DNA from: Nanohaloarchaea archaeon B1-Br10_U2g21
Lineage (GTDB): Archaea; Nanohalarchaeota; Nanosalinia; Nanosalinales; Nanosalinaceae
Length of the DNA: 64,000 nt
NCBI GenBank assembly: GCA_001563915.1
Contig: LKMP01000001.1
Location: 1 to 64,000 of the forward strand
Direction of reading: 5' to 3'
The notes beneath the pieces are model-generated. The model did no database searches and was not told the origin of the DNA. It saw only the letters and a program-made list of their open reading frames with translations. The position numbers were made by a program, and so were the translations under genes. Below are positions 1-9,096 of the stretch, in pieces (positions within the stretch are counted from its first letter, which is position 1; each line of letters opens with the position of its first letter).

Positions 1-1669
1 GTAAGCCTATATCAATTTCTGTTCTGATCTGATACATTGTAATAACATCGCTGAGCTCTTCCATTTCTTCTATAAAGAGTCGCTTTATTTCGTCAAGATT
101 TTCTTTTACTTTTTCAGGTCTGTTAAAATAGAGCTCTGCAAAGTCATGAAATAGCTTACCTTTGCGCATTTGCTCTTCCTCTGCGTCAGAAACCAGTTTG
201 CTCATATAAAATAATCTAGGCGATAAGGCTAAGTTGTTCAAGGCAGTTTGACTCAATAAATTTATTTCTGAGCCTTCTACTTCTATTTTTTCAAATTTTT
301 GCTCTTCTGCATGGGATTCTGCAGATCTAAAAGCATGAGGAAGTTCTCTAAAAGTTTCAATACTTTCTCCATTTATTTCATCAAGATAAAAGCACGGTTT
401 AATGTCTTCGCCCAGTCTTTTATCTTCGACCATGTAGTATCGGTCGTCGCCGCTTTGTATTAGAGACTGGAAATCAAGCAGATACGTTCTTTCTAGGTTC
501 TCTTTGTTAATCCATTCATCTTCAGATGCTCTTTCACACCATTCAGTGTTCATTCCTAGGAAAAAAACTACAGGTCTATCTATTGTAGTGGTTGTACATG
601 GATCTGCGAGCAATACACCATTTTTCTGGCTTTTGAGCTCCCAATCGAAGTTTCTGACAAAGTAGTCTAGTTTTTCTATGTTTTCGAGATCTGCAGCAGC
701 TTCAATCAGATCTAGTTCGTCTAGTAGTTCTCTAGTATCTGTAAGCTTTCTACCTTTCAATTCTTCAAACTTTTCTAGCGCCTGACCTAGTTCTAAGTAT
801 TTTATAACGTTCAGAAACTCCTTAAATTCTTCTAAGTCATCTCGAGAGTCAAGGAAAGAGTTAACGTTCGAGGAGTGAGTTTCATAACCTAAGAAATCAA
901 GTAACGGTTCGACATCTCGTATACGTAAAAGCCGCGGAGAGTTAGCAATTCTTAACAGAGAAATAAAAGCTCTAAGCTCTTCTCTGAGAGAAATATTGTC
1001 TTTCCGAATATATGGAATATCTCTTGACTGGAAACGAGATTCTAAAAGACTCTGGTAGCGTGAATCAGGTCTTACGGCTATCCCGACATTACTGGGGCCT
1101 ACTCGTTCAATATTTTCCACAACAGAAAGCACTAATTCTAGAGAAGACTCATATATACTGAACTCTTCTAGTTCTACTTCATCTTCTTTAAAGATGGAGT
1201 ATTCGTCAAATTCTTCTGGTAAGGCCTTGAGATCAAGTTTATTGAACTGATAAAGATTGACTACTGCGACACCGTCTTCAATTTCAAGTTCTTCGACAGC
1301 GTGGAAAGGAGTGTCACAACTTTCTACTACGTTCAGTACGTCTTTGAATAAGTCTGAGTTGTATCTTTGAGTCTCAAATATTTTTTCTTTATCGCCTGTG
1401 TGCTTCCAGCAGCTGTAAATTTTTTCTAGAGCATAAGAAATCTGTTTATAGCTATAAGGTGTAGTTTCAGTACATTTCAGAAATACTTCCTTCTTGCTAT
1501 CTTTAGATGGGTTAGAAGCCAATCTACCGGGAGTTGTAGCAAAAGGTCCTTTCTTCGGTACATCAAGCTTACGGACCAATGCATCTGCTAGAGCTGCGTC
1601 AGCAGTTAATACAATATCGTAGTTCTTTACCTGTTCATAGAGCTCGTCAATACTCTTTGCCTTTCTCAC
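1..1669 (-). CDS. AddB-like / PD-(D/E)XK nuclease-family protein (3' end runs off the window)
   Basis: Not in the ORF track. Both ends were translated by hand from GTG 1669: VRKAKSIDELYEQVKNYDIVLTADAALADALVRKLD...ATTPGRLA, resembling haloarchaeal AddB-like proteins. The distal part, LSQTALNNLALSPRLFYMSKLV...RKGKLFHDFAE, matches the lead-in to a Cas4/RecB-type nuclease domain. Confidence 0.7.
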   Translation of the reverse strand, partial: MRKAKSIDELYEQVKNYDIVLTADAALADALVRKLDVPKKGPFATTPGRLASNPSKDSKKEVFLKCTETTPYSYKQISYALEKIYSCWKHTGDKEKIFETQRYNSDLFKDVLNVVESCDTPFHAVEELEIEDGVAVVNLYQFNKLDLKALPEEFDEYSIFKEDEVELEEFSIYESSLELVLSVVENIERVGPSNVGIAVRPDSRYQSLLESRFQSRDIPYIRKDNISLREELRAFISLLRIANSPRLLRIRDVEPLLDFLGYETHSSNVNSFLDSRDDLEEFKEFLNVIKYLELGQALEKFEELKGRKLTDTRELLDELDLIEAAADLENIEKLDYFVRNFDWELKSQKNGVLLADPCTTTTIDRPVVFFLGMNTEWCERASEDEWINKENLERTYLLDFQSLIQSGDDRYYMVEDKRLGEDIKPCFYLDEINGESIETFRELPHAFRSAESHAEEQKFEKIEVEGSEINLLSQTALNNLALSPRLFYMSKLVSDAEEEQMRKGKLFHDFAELYFNRPEKVKENLDEIKRLFIEEMEELSDVITMYQIRTEIDIGL

Positions 1670-1741
1670 ATCGAGTAATGTGGATGGAAATTTTTTATCA
1701 TAATCTTTCTATGACGAAAAATAGAGGAAAAAAGAAGACCT

Positions 1742-3184
1742 CTACTTCATCATAGGGAAGTAGATTACATCCCTAATCGAGTCAGAGTCAGTTAGAATCA
1801 TTGCTAATCTATCAACTCCTATTCCTAATCCTCCAGTAGGGGGCATCCCCTGCTTTAAGGCCTCAATAAAGTCTTCATCCATTTCGTGTGCTTCTTCGTC
1901 TCCTTGTTCTCCGCGTCTTTGTTCATCTCTAAAGAATTTTTCTTGCTGTACTGGGTCGCGTAGTTCTGTATATGCGTTTCCAAGCTCCATTCCGGCAACA
2001 AAAGCTTCGAATCTTTCGATCAAGTCTTCATTTTCTCTGTGTAGCTTACATAAGGGAGTGGTTTCTTTTGGATAGTCTGTGATGAACGTTGGCTGGATTA
2101 ATTCCGGTTCAACAATTTCTTCGAACAATTCTGCGATAGCAAGTCCTCTTTCATAATCTGACTCAAGTTCAGCTCCATGCTCATTCATCAGTTCTTGTAT
2201 TTCCTCATCGCTAAGTTCATCAACATCGAAATCGCCATACTCTATTAGAGATTCGCGCATGGTCATTCTTTTCCATGGTGCAGAGAGATCAATTTGATTT
2301 CCTTGATACTCTACTTTTGAGTCGCCGGTTACTTTTTGAGCAATGTGTTCGACCATTTGTTCGGTAATCTTCATCATGTCTTCGTAGTCTGCGTAGGCTT
2401 GGTAGAGCTCCATCATGGTGAATTCAGGGTTATGTGTTCTATCAATGCCCTCATTTCTGAAATCCTTTGCAACTTCAAAGATTCTTTCATGGCCTCCGAT
2501 TATCAGTCTTTTCAAGTATAGTTCGGGAGAAATCCTGAGGTAAGCCTGCATATCCTTATCGTGTACGTGAGTTGTGAAAGGTCTTGCATTAGCGCCTCCA
2601 TATATGGGCTGAATTGCAGGAGTTTCAACTTCCATAAAGTCCTGATCTTCCAAGAATCGGCGCATCTCGCTAACAACTCGGTTTCTCTTTCTGAAACTTT
2701 CTCTTGCATCTATACTATCTATTAAATGTAGGTAGCGCTGCCTATATTTTGTTTCTTTGTCCTCTAAACCATAATAGGAAGAAGGAACTGGTTTCAAAGC
2801 CTTCGTAAGCAGTTCTAATTCTGAAACTTTGAGAGAGAACTCGCCTTTGTTAGTATACATTGGAATTCCTTTGAGCCCTACTATGTCTCCGTTTTGAATG
2901 TATTCTAGTTTATCTATGAGTTCATCTTTACGTAGAACTGCTTGTATTTGTCCTCTCTCATCTTCTATGTCTATAAAGGCGATTCCTCCGAAGTCTCTTA
3001 CTTCTTTGACTCTTCCGGCTATATTAAAGCTGTCTTCAGGTAAATTATCTTCTTCAAGGCCTTCAAATTTGTCTAGTATGTCTTTTATCTTGTGGACTCT
3101 ATTATAGTCATATTTGAAAGGGTTGAGGCCGTTTTCCTGCATTTCTTGCAGAGTCTCTAGTCTCTCGTCTTCTTCGGAACTCAT
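1742..3184 (-). CDS. lysS: Lysine--tRNA ligase, class II
   Basis: OB-fold N-terminus plus YLRISPELYLKRL, FRNEGIDRTHNPEFTMME and GMPPTGGLGIGVDRL motifs. Confidence 0.97.
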   Translation of the reverse strand: MSSEEDERLETLQEMQENGLNPFKYDYNRVHKIKDILDKFEGLEEDNLPEDSFNIAGRVKEVRDFGGIAFIDIEDERGQIQAVLRKDELIDKLEYIQNGDIVGLKGIPMYTNKGEFSLKVSELELLTKALKPVPSSYYGLEDKETKYRQRYLHLIDSIDARESFRKRNRVVSEMRRFLEDQDFMEVETPAIQPIYGGANARPFTTHVHDKDMQAYLRISPELYLKRLIIGGHERIFEVAKDFRNEGIDRTHNPEFTMMELYQAYADYEDMMKITEQMVEHIAQKVTGDSKVEYQGNQIDLSAPWKRMTMRESLIEYGDFDVDELSDEEIQELMNEHGAELESDYERGLAIAELFEEIVEPELIQPTFITDYPKETTPLCKLHRENEDLIERFEAFVAGMELGNAYTELRDPVQQEKFFRDEQRRGEQGDEEAHEMDEDFIEALKQGMPPTGGLGIGVDRLAMILTDSDSIRDVIYFPMMK

Positions 3185-3366
3185 TAGTATCCACTTAGAA
3201 AGAAATAGTTATAGAAGGTTTTACAAATTTCAATGTACAATCTGTTGCAGCTTAAAACATCCACCGATCATTGTAACGGGAAGTTATTGTCGAAGATTTA
3301 TAATAGTCTAAAAAAGAGGCTTACATAAATTGGTTTCCGGTTGGGAAAAAAGAAGGACGTGAGGTG

Positions 3367-3900
3367 TTATTCTGGTTCTTGGTGTTTTAGACCTACATCT
3401 ACATGCCATATCATGCTTTCTTCGCTGTATTTGTCTACTATTTTGGCGGTTGTGTGTTCTAATAGTTCGTCGTACTGTTCAAAAGCATCTTCCTTAATTT
3501 TCACTGCGTTATTCATAATCTGGCCGCCACTGTTTCCGCTGTCAAATGTAACTAGCACAGGCCCATTAATTGCTTTTTCTCCTTCATACATTACGTCTAT
3601 TGAGGTACTGTAAAAGGATTTGGCTTCAGCATACGCATTTACAAGGTGTTGTCCTGCGTTTTCTACAGCTTCTAGCGCTTCCGAATTATCTTCGTGGCCT
3701 AAGTCGTTGAGCATTCTGTGAGCGTCCTCAAGCTTTGATTCATATTGGTCTAGCTCTTCCGCTATTTTTTGTCTTTCTTCCTCCAAGTATTCTCTTACTT
3801 GGGGGTTTGAGTTATTTTCTGCTTCGATAGCAGCTTCCATCTCATCATAAGAGCTTTCAAGTGTTTCTTCTGCAACGCGAAGTGAATCAACCCAACTCAT
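3367..3900 (-). CDS. Hypothetical acidic protein with N-terminal coiled coil
   Basis: 177-aa ORF with acidic composition typical of this genome; no recognised motif. Confidence 0.7.
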   Translation of the reverse strand: MSWVDSLRVAEETLESSYDEMEAAIEAENNSNPQVREYLEEERQKIAEELDQYESKLEDAHRMLNDLGHEDNSEALEAVENAGQHLVNAYAEAKSFYSTSIDVMYEGEKAINGPVLVTFDSGNSGGQIMNNAVKIKEDAFEQYDELLEHTTAKIVDKYSEESMIWHVDVGLKHQEPE

Positions 3901-3961
3901 ACACGCAACTAGAGAGTGGTAACACTTTAAATGTCTTGTGAAAAAGGATCAAATTTCTTCT

Positions 3962-4648
3962 CTAATGCCAAACTAAAAGATGAGAGTTATCATTTAACCA
4001 ATCACGACTTACATCATAATGCGGGAGAACTTGCCCTACTGTGCTCCAGAAATCATCTCCATGATTCCTATGCTCCAAATGCGCTAGTTCATGCACTACT
4101 ATATAGTCTATCAAGTGTTCCGGCCCTAAAATCAACCTCCAATTAAAGCTCAGGTTCTCTTTAGAAGAGCAGCTACCCCAACGCGTCCTCTGATCCCTTA
4201 TATAGACCTTATTGTAAGGTCTGAAATCATCTTTATACTTCTCCAATCGTCTTTCAACCTCTTTCTTGAACTCTCTTCTCAAAAGCTTCTCCACTTGTTC
4301 CTTAACAGTACTACGCTCTATGAGATGATTGGCCAAAATAATTTTATCGCCTAAAAAATTAGATCTTCTACACTCAAAAACGATTTCTCTTTCAACTCCC
4401 ATTACTTTAATACTTGAACCCTCACAAAAGTCTCGTTTAGGAATATTTTTTCTAAGCTTCTCAAAACGCTTCCACTGCTCCAGTATCCATTCTTCATTAT
4501 CCTTCATCACCTTCTCAGCCTCTACAAGACTATTGGCAGGGATTATTACAGTGAACTCTCCATACCTACAGGAAATTTTAGGTCTTGACACTCTTTTGCT
4601 CCTCCTGATACGATAGGGAATTGATAAGCCTGAGAGTTCAACTTCCAT
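3962..4648 (-). CDS. YgjP/DUF45 (M48/SprT-like) metal-dependent hydrolase
   Basis: RDQRTRWGSCS...LSFNWRL...DYIVVHELAHL..NHG..FW signature. Confidence 0.92.
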   Translation of the reverse strand: MEVELSGLSIPYRIRRSKRVSRPKISCRYGEFTVIIPANSLVEAEKVMKDNEEWILEQWKRFEKLRKNIPKRDFCEGSSIKVMGVEREIVFECRRSNFLGDKIILANHLIERSTVKEQVEKLLRREFKKEVERRLEKYKDDFRPYNKVYIRDQRTRWGSCSSKENLSFNWRLILGPEHLIDYIVVHELAHLEHRNHGDDFWSTVGQVLPHYDVSRDWLNDNSHLLVWH

Positions 4649-4743
4649 AACTTTTTACTAGTGAGAGGAAGAGTTTATACTTCGTATCAGAGGCCTCCTG
4701 ACTATTCACTGTTATATATTTCCGAGTGTATAACTACTTCTAG

Positions 4744-5529
4744 ATGGCAAGCTCTGATCCAGAGTCGACCACAGATGAAAAAGAAAACATCATAGCATGG
4801 ACTATGAACGTCAACAAAAACGAGCTCGCAACACTTCAACATGAAATGAGAGAGGAATATGGCATAGACTTTGAAGACTTAGCGTTTGAAAGCAAAGGAG
4901 CTGCAGATGAGGCCTTAAAACCATTCTATACAGGTCTTAATGAACAGCTAGAGATTGAAGGAGAAGAGGTCGAGTTTTCTATAGAAGAAGGAGAAATCGA
5001 CTTCATAATAGAATACTGGTGTGACAATATAGAAGTCCTTGGAGAATTGAGAGAGTGGATGAACGAAAGCTACAAGAAAGAAGACCAAGATGAAGCGGCA
5101 GAAATAATTGAACCTTATCCTTTTCATGACATCAAAGATACAGACCTTAAACGATTCTTGAATCAGCTTGAACAAGACTTTAAAGTCGAAGGACCTACAC
5201 CTAGACCCGGGAACGGACGAGTAAGGCTATATCCTATAATGCTTGACCATCTTAATCTAGAAGATGAAGAGTTATACTTGTTGCATGGAGATATGATAGT
5301 TGGAGACGGAACCTATGAAGTCACTGATTTAAGCGAAGAATACGATGAAGAAATACCGTTCGAACTTAACGTCAATCTCCATATAAGACCAGTAAAAACA
5401 GAGGAAGGACTCTACAATCTAAAAGTTGATTCAGCCAACAATGGGATGGCGCAAGCATATTTGATAGACTATGTACGCAATAGCCTCAATACTGGAAACA
5501 GAGAAAATCTAGGAGATATGATAAAATAA
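4744..5529 (+). CDS. Hypothetical acidic protein
   Basis: 261-aa ORF with TATA-like TTATATAT about 25 nt upstream; no recognised motif. Confidence 0.7.
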   Translation: MASSDPESTTDEKENIIAWTMNVNKNELATLQHEMREEYGIDFEDLAFESKGAADEALKPFYTGLNEQLEIEGEEVEFSIEEGEIDFIIEYWCDNIEVLGELREWMNESYKKEDQDEAAEIIEPYPFHDIKDTDLKRFLNQLEQDFKVEGPTPRPGNGRVRLYPIMLDHLNLEDEELYLLHGDMIVGDGTYEVTDLSEEYDEEIPFELNVNLHIRPVKTEEGLYNLKVDSANNGMAQAYLIDYVRNSLNTGNRENLGDMIK

Positions 5530-5533
5530 ACGT

Positions 5534-6772
5534 CTAGTCAATCAGCTTATACAAAAGACCGGTCAAAAGTATTATGCCTCCAGCAATAAGGATAGGGGTA
5601 GCTGATGTGAACAATGCTGCAGCAACACCCGAAAGCATTGAAGGAACAGCGTTTGCTAGAGAGCGTAGACTTTGATTTGTGCCGAGTGCAAGACCTTGGT
5701 CTTCATCAGATGCGTTACGAGACACTAAAGTCTCCAGAGAAATATTTGTAATTCCATTGAAGAGAGAGAACAATCCTGCAAAAACCAAGAAAAGCAATAA
5801 CTCTGTTTGGAGTCCTAGAATCAGTATAGACAGACCTGTTAAAATTAGTGTCAAAGGCATCACATATTCTTCTTTAAAACGAGGGAAAAGCTTTGGAATA
5901 ACTGCTAATTGAGTAATCATGATAATTACGCCAATGTACAAGAAGAAGTTTCCAATATCTAGCTGTGAAAAACTAAATCTCTCAACTAAAACCACTGAGA
6001 CAAAAGTAGTGAAAAATGCAAAACCGGAGAAATAGAAGAAATTAACAGCGAAAAACCTCCTTAAATCAGGTAAATCAAGTCCTTTTCGAATCTGAGAAAG
6101 AGGCTTACTCCATTCAACCTTCTTTTGCTTTAAGGGAGAAGTCTCCTCAAGCTCCCGGGAAACAAAAATGAAACTAGAAAAACTTAAGGCAGCAGCGAAA
6201 AGAAATGGCGTGGTTAATCCTAGTACGGCAAAGTTTCCGGAAGATAAAAGGCCTCCAAGGAAAGGACCTATAATAAATCCTAAGCCAAAAACCGCGCCTA
6301 TACGACCTAGATTCTTTGATTTATTTTTCTCAGTAGACATATCGGCTACAGTCGCTTGAGCCACAGCTATTAGGCCTCCAGTTAAACCATTGATAATTCT
6401 AGAAAGAAATAGGAGCCATAGACTTGCGACAAGTAAAGAATAGGCAAAAACAAGCGTGGAAATAACAGTACCTAGGATAGATATCTGAATTACTCTTCTA
6501 CGCCCATAGATATCGCTTAATTCGCCGAGAATCGGTGTGGCAAAAAACTGCATTAACGGATATGCTCCAATCAATAATCCTAGTAAAATATAACCCATTT
6601 CTACTGAGAGGCCTTCTGGCAAAATAAAGAAACTGGAAGAAGGCTCGACAAACATTAAGGGAACAATAGGAATCAAAATACCGAAACCGATAATTTCAGC
6701 AAGAACAGTCAACATCAACACTCGCAAATTCCTTTTATCGCTCACAACAAAAATTTGGTCGTTAAATAACAA
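5534..6772 (-). CDS. MFS transporter, TetA/DHA1-like
   Basis: About 12 hydrophobic segments, motif A GELSDIYGRR, and GFIIGPFLGG. The start may be GTG 6745. Confidence 0.92.
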   Translation of the reverse strand: MLFNDQIFVVSDKRNLRVLMLTVLAEIIGFGILIPIVPLMFVEPSSSFFILPEGLSVEMGYILLGLLIGAYPLMQFFATPILGELSDIYGRRRVIQISILGTVISTLVFAYSLLVASLWLLFLSRIINGLTGGLIAVAQATVADMSTEKNKSKNLGRIGAVFGLGFIIGPFLGGLLSSGNFAVLGLTTPFLFAAALSFSSFIFVSRELEETSPLKQKKVEWSKPLSQIRKGLDLPDLRRFFAVNFFYFSGFAFFTTFVSVVLVERFSFSQLDIGNFFLYIGVIIMITQLAVIPKLFPRFKEEYVMPLTLILTGLSILILGLQTELLLFLVFAGLFSLFNGITNISLETLVSRNASDEDQGLALGTNQSLRSLANAVPSMLSGVAAALFTSATPILIAGGIILLTGLLYKLID

Positions 6773-6831
6773 TAAAAAACGGCGTTAAGCAGGCAAAAGA
6801 AATATACCTGTACAATTTAAACACTCATTTT

Positions 6832-7362
6832 ATGAAGGCCAAGACAAGCGTCGTAGGAACATTGTTGCTTGCAGTAATCATGGTAGGTCTCACAGTATAC
6901 ATAGCAGAAAGAGGTATTTTCCCTGGAGTAATGTCTGAAGATGAAGGAGCCTATGATGAAGAAACGCAGATAGTAATACAGCAGCCGGAAGAGTTTGAGC
7001 AAATATATGAAAACAACCGTACACAACAAGAAGAACAGATTAAACGTGTCGCTAAAGAATATGAATCTGATGAAGAAGCTTTCAGTATAGATATCGCGAT
7101 ATATGATGAAGTTGTAGAACCTGAATCAGTCTCAATGTACAACACGCTTGTACAAGAAGGAGAAAATCTGGAAGTAGAAGAAGGAGAAGCAAGGATAGGT
7201 GAAGTAACAGTTCAAGGAACTGAACCTCACTGGGAGTGCATATGGATAAATGAGAATGTACAAGTATCTTTGACCCCAATACATCAAGAAGATGAACAAG
7301 TGGGAGCTGGACAAGAAACAGTCGAAGAAATCTGTCAGAAAGCGCCAGAGACGATAAACTAA
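6832..7362 (+). CDS. Hypothetical membrane-anchored/exported protein
   Basis: N-terminal hydrophobic helix followed by an acidic domain with two Cys. Confidence 0.7.
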   Translation: MKAKTSVVGTLLLAVIMVGLTVYIAERGIFPGVMSEDEGAYDEETQIVIQQPEEFEQIYENNRTQQEEQIKRVAKEYESDEEAFSIDIAIYDEVVEPESVSMYNTLVQEGENLEVEEGEARIGEVTVQGTEPHWECIWINENVQVSLTPIHQEDEQVGAGQETVEEICQKAPETIN

Positions 7363-7440
7363 AAAAGTTCTTCAGTCTGTTGAATAAAAATAAGTGGGTT
7401 TCTGGAAAATTCTGGAATTAACGTAACTTTTCCCTAATTT

Positions 7441-8592
7441 TTACTCTTCTAAGAAGTCTAAATCCTGCGCCAAGAATTTTATTCCATCTTTGAAGTCATC
7501 ATTATCATAGTTTTCAGGATGCGCACCCATTTCTATAGCTAAATCTAGAGCGTTCTGCGCCAGACTTTCAAGCTTATCTTTGTCTTTTTTTAATTCTCTA
7601 AACGTTACACCGAGATCATACAAATGCGATCCTACAAAGTTCCCGACCTCGTGATCATAGTCTGTATTCATATGGTCTAGATTTCCGCAACCTACTAAAG
7701 TCGAAAAATGACTGGGTGAGGGAGTCGGAACATTATCGAATTCAGGTCTGAAGAGTTCTCCTGATTCAAGTTTTTCTAGGAATTTGCGATGTTGTATTTT
7801 TTTCATTATTTCCATCACTACATAATCAAAATTCTTTTCAATTAAGTCTTGGACATGGTCTCCGTACTCTTTCTCTATTTGATGCCATACCACGCCACTG
7901 TAATCAGAATCGTTGAATTCTTCAACACTGCTCCATACAATATCCTCGTGATCCTGTATATAACAACGGCGAATATTCTCGCTCCAGCTATTGTAAAGCA
8001 GTTCGCTTAACGTTTCTTGGTCAGACTCCCAAAGATCTCGTATCTCTCTTTCGAGCTTTTCATACTCTTCAATACTAGTAGTTTCATCAAAATAAGGGCG
8101 GTCATTATGACCGTAATCTATCATTGAAGAAATATGTTCTCTATCGGGGCCGGAGAACTTTCCAAAAGTCTCTAAATGTCCTTTTACGTAGCCTAAAGGA
8201 TTTCGGTCAAACATTTGATCGCTTTCTACGTATTCTCGGGCTACATTGTCAGCGAAAATCTCATTGGCTAAAATTTCAAGACTATCGTTCATATTGGGCG
8301 AAGCTTTTATCGCGCCGCTCTCGGTCAAAACAGGATCAGCATTCCAGAACTCGCCCTCAACTTCTTGAGCATAAAAGTCGTGAGCTAGTTCGTGCGCTAA
8401 AATATGCATGTTATCTAATTCAATGCCAATGACTGGGGAGTCTTCTTCTCTTCCGATATAGACTCCTCCGCCGTTGCTTCCAGGATAAACAATAACGCTC
8501 TCAGCATCTAAGTCTAGGTCTGAAGCAACGCCTACGACAAATTCTTCTAACTCGGGAGCTAAAGGATCTCTATTACGATAAACTAGGTCCAT
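7441..8592 (-). CDS. Putative zincin metallopeptidase-domain protein
   Basis: HILAHELAH followed by NEIFADNVA (candidate third ligand Glu), an ImmA/IrrE-like arrangement. The C-terminal part is unrecognised. Confidence 0.55.
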   Translation of the reverse strand: MDLVYRNRDPLAPELEEFVVGVASDLDLDAESVIVYPGSNGGGVYIGREEDSPVIGIELDNMHILAHELAHDFYAQEVEGEFWNADPVLTESGAIKASPNMNDSLEILANEIFADNVAREYVESDQMFDRNPLGYVKGHLETFGKFSGPDREHISSMIDYGHNDRPYFDETTSIEEYEKLEREIRDLWESDQETLSELLYNSWSENIRRCYIQDHEDIVWSSVEEFNDSDYSGVVWHQIEKEYGDHVQDLIEKNFDYVVMEIMKKIQHRKFLEKLESGELFRPEFDNVPTPSPSHFSTLVGCGNLDHMNTDYDHEVGNFVGSHLYDLGVTFRELKKDKDKLESLAQNALDLAIEMGAHPENYDNDDFKDGIKFLAQDLDFLEE

Positions 8593-8712
8593 CTAAACAT
8601 TTCATCTGGAACTAACTATAAAAACCACTCGGAGATTTTACTCACTAGCAAATAACAACGTAATGTGTGAGAGTAAAGAACGCTCAAACTCCATTCGTAT
8701 CAACTAAATAAG

Positions 8713-8749
8713 AATAAAAAGAAGGATGAAAGGCCCTGTAAAGGCCTTT
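8713..8749 (-). terminator. Hairpin plus pyrimidine/U-tract, putative 3' end of the candidate RNA
   Basis: Minus strand AAAGGCCU-UUACA-GGGCCUUU followed by CAUCCUUCUUUUU. Confidence 0.5.
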
Positions 8750-9031
8750 AAAAACTTCTTTCGGCAGCGTAACAAATCTTATTCTTTTTTTCTTTCACCT
8801 ATTTAAGGCTTATTCAAGTTTCAAGTCGACAAAATCCAATCTTTTCGGTCAGGCCCTACAACCCAAGTCCCCCTTAGTTGAGGAACAGGCCAGAATCGCC
8901 CAACCTACTCATCCTGTATCACCTATACAGGATAAACAGATTGGAAATATACCTGCTTGTAAAGCTCACATTAACTCGTTCAAAAAACCTTTGCACGGCT
9001 TTTGAGGCTCGAGCTGTGTGAGTCATATCCC
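8715..9031 (-). ncRNA. Candidate structured non-coding RNA of unknown class (~300 nt)
   Basis: ORF-free region with several nested helices whose mismatches become G-U pairs on the minus strand, including a 20-bp hairpin at 8900-8944. TATA-like box upstream; hairpin plus U-tract downstream. Confidence 0.6.
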
Positions 9032-9049
9032 TAAATTGTAGAGCAGCCT

Positions 9050-9057
9050 TTTTAAAA
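9050..9057 (-). promoter_or_regulatory. TATA-like box for the candidate ncRNA
   Basis: TTTTAAAA on the minus strand, about 19-26 nt upstream of GGGATATG (9031). Confidence 0.45.
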
Positions 9058-9096
9058 CTTCGCATCCATAAAGAACCGAGTTCAAAAGCAGATTTT

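Noticed and set aside
8715-9031. RNase P RNA, SRP RNA or tmRNA identity for the structured region
   Set aside because: No GAGGAAAGUCC-type CR-I or ACAGAA..GGCUUA CR-V, no SRP helix-8 CAGG-GNRA-AGCA motif and no tRNA-like ends on either strand; left unclassified.
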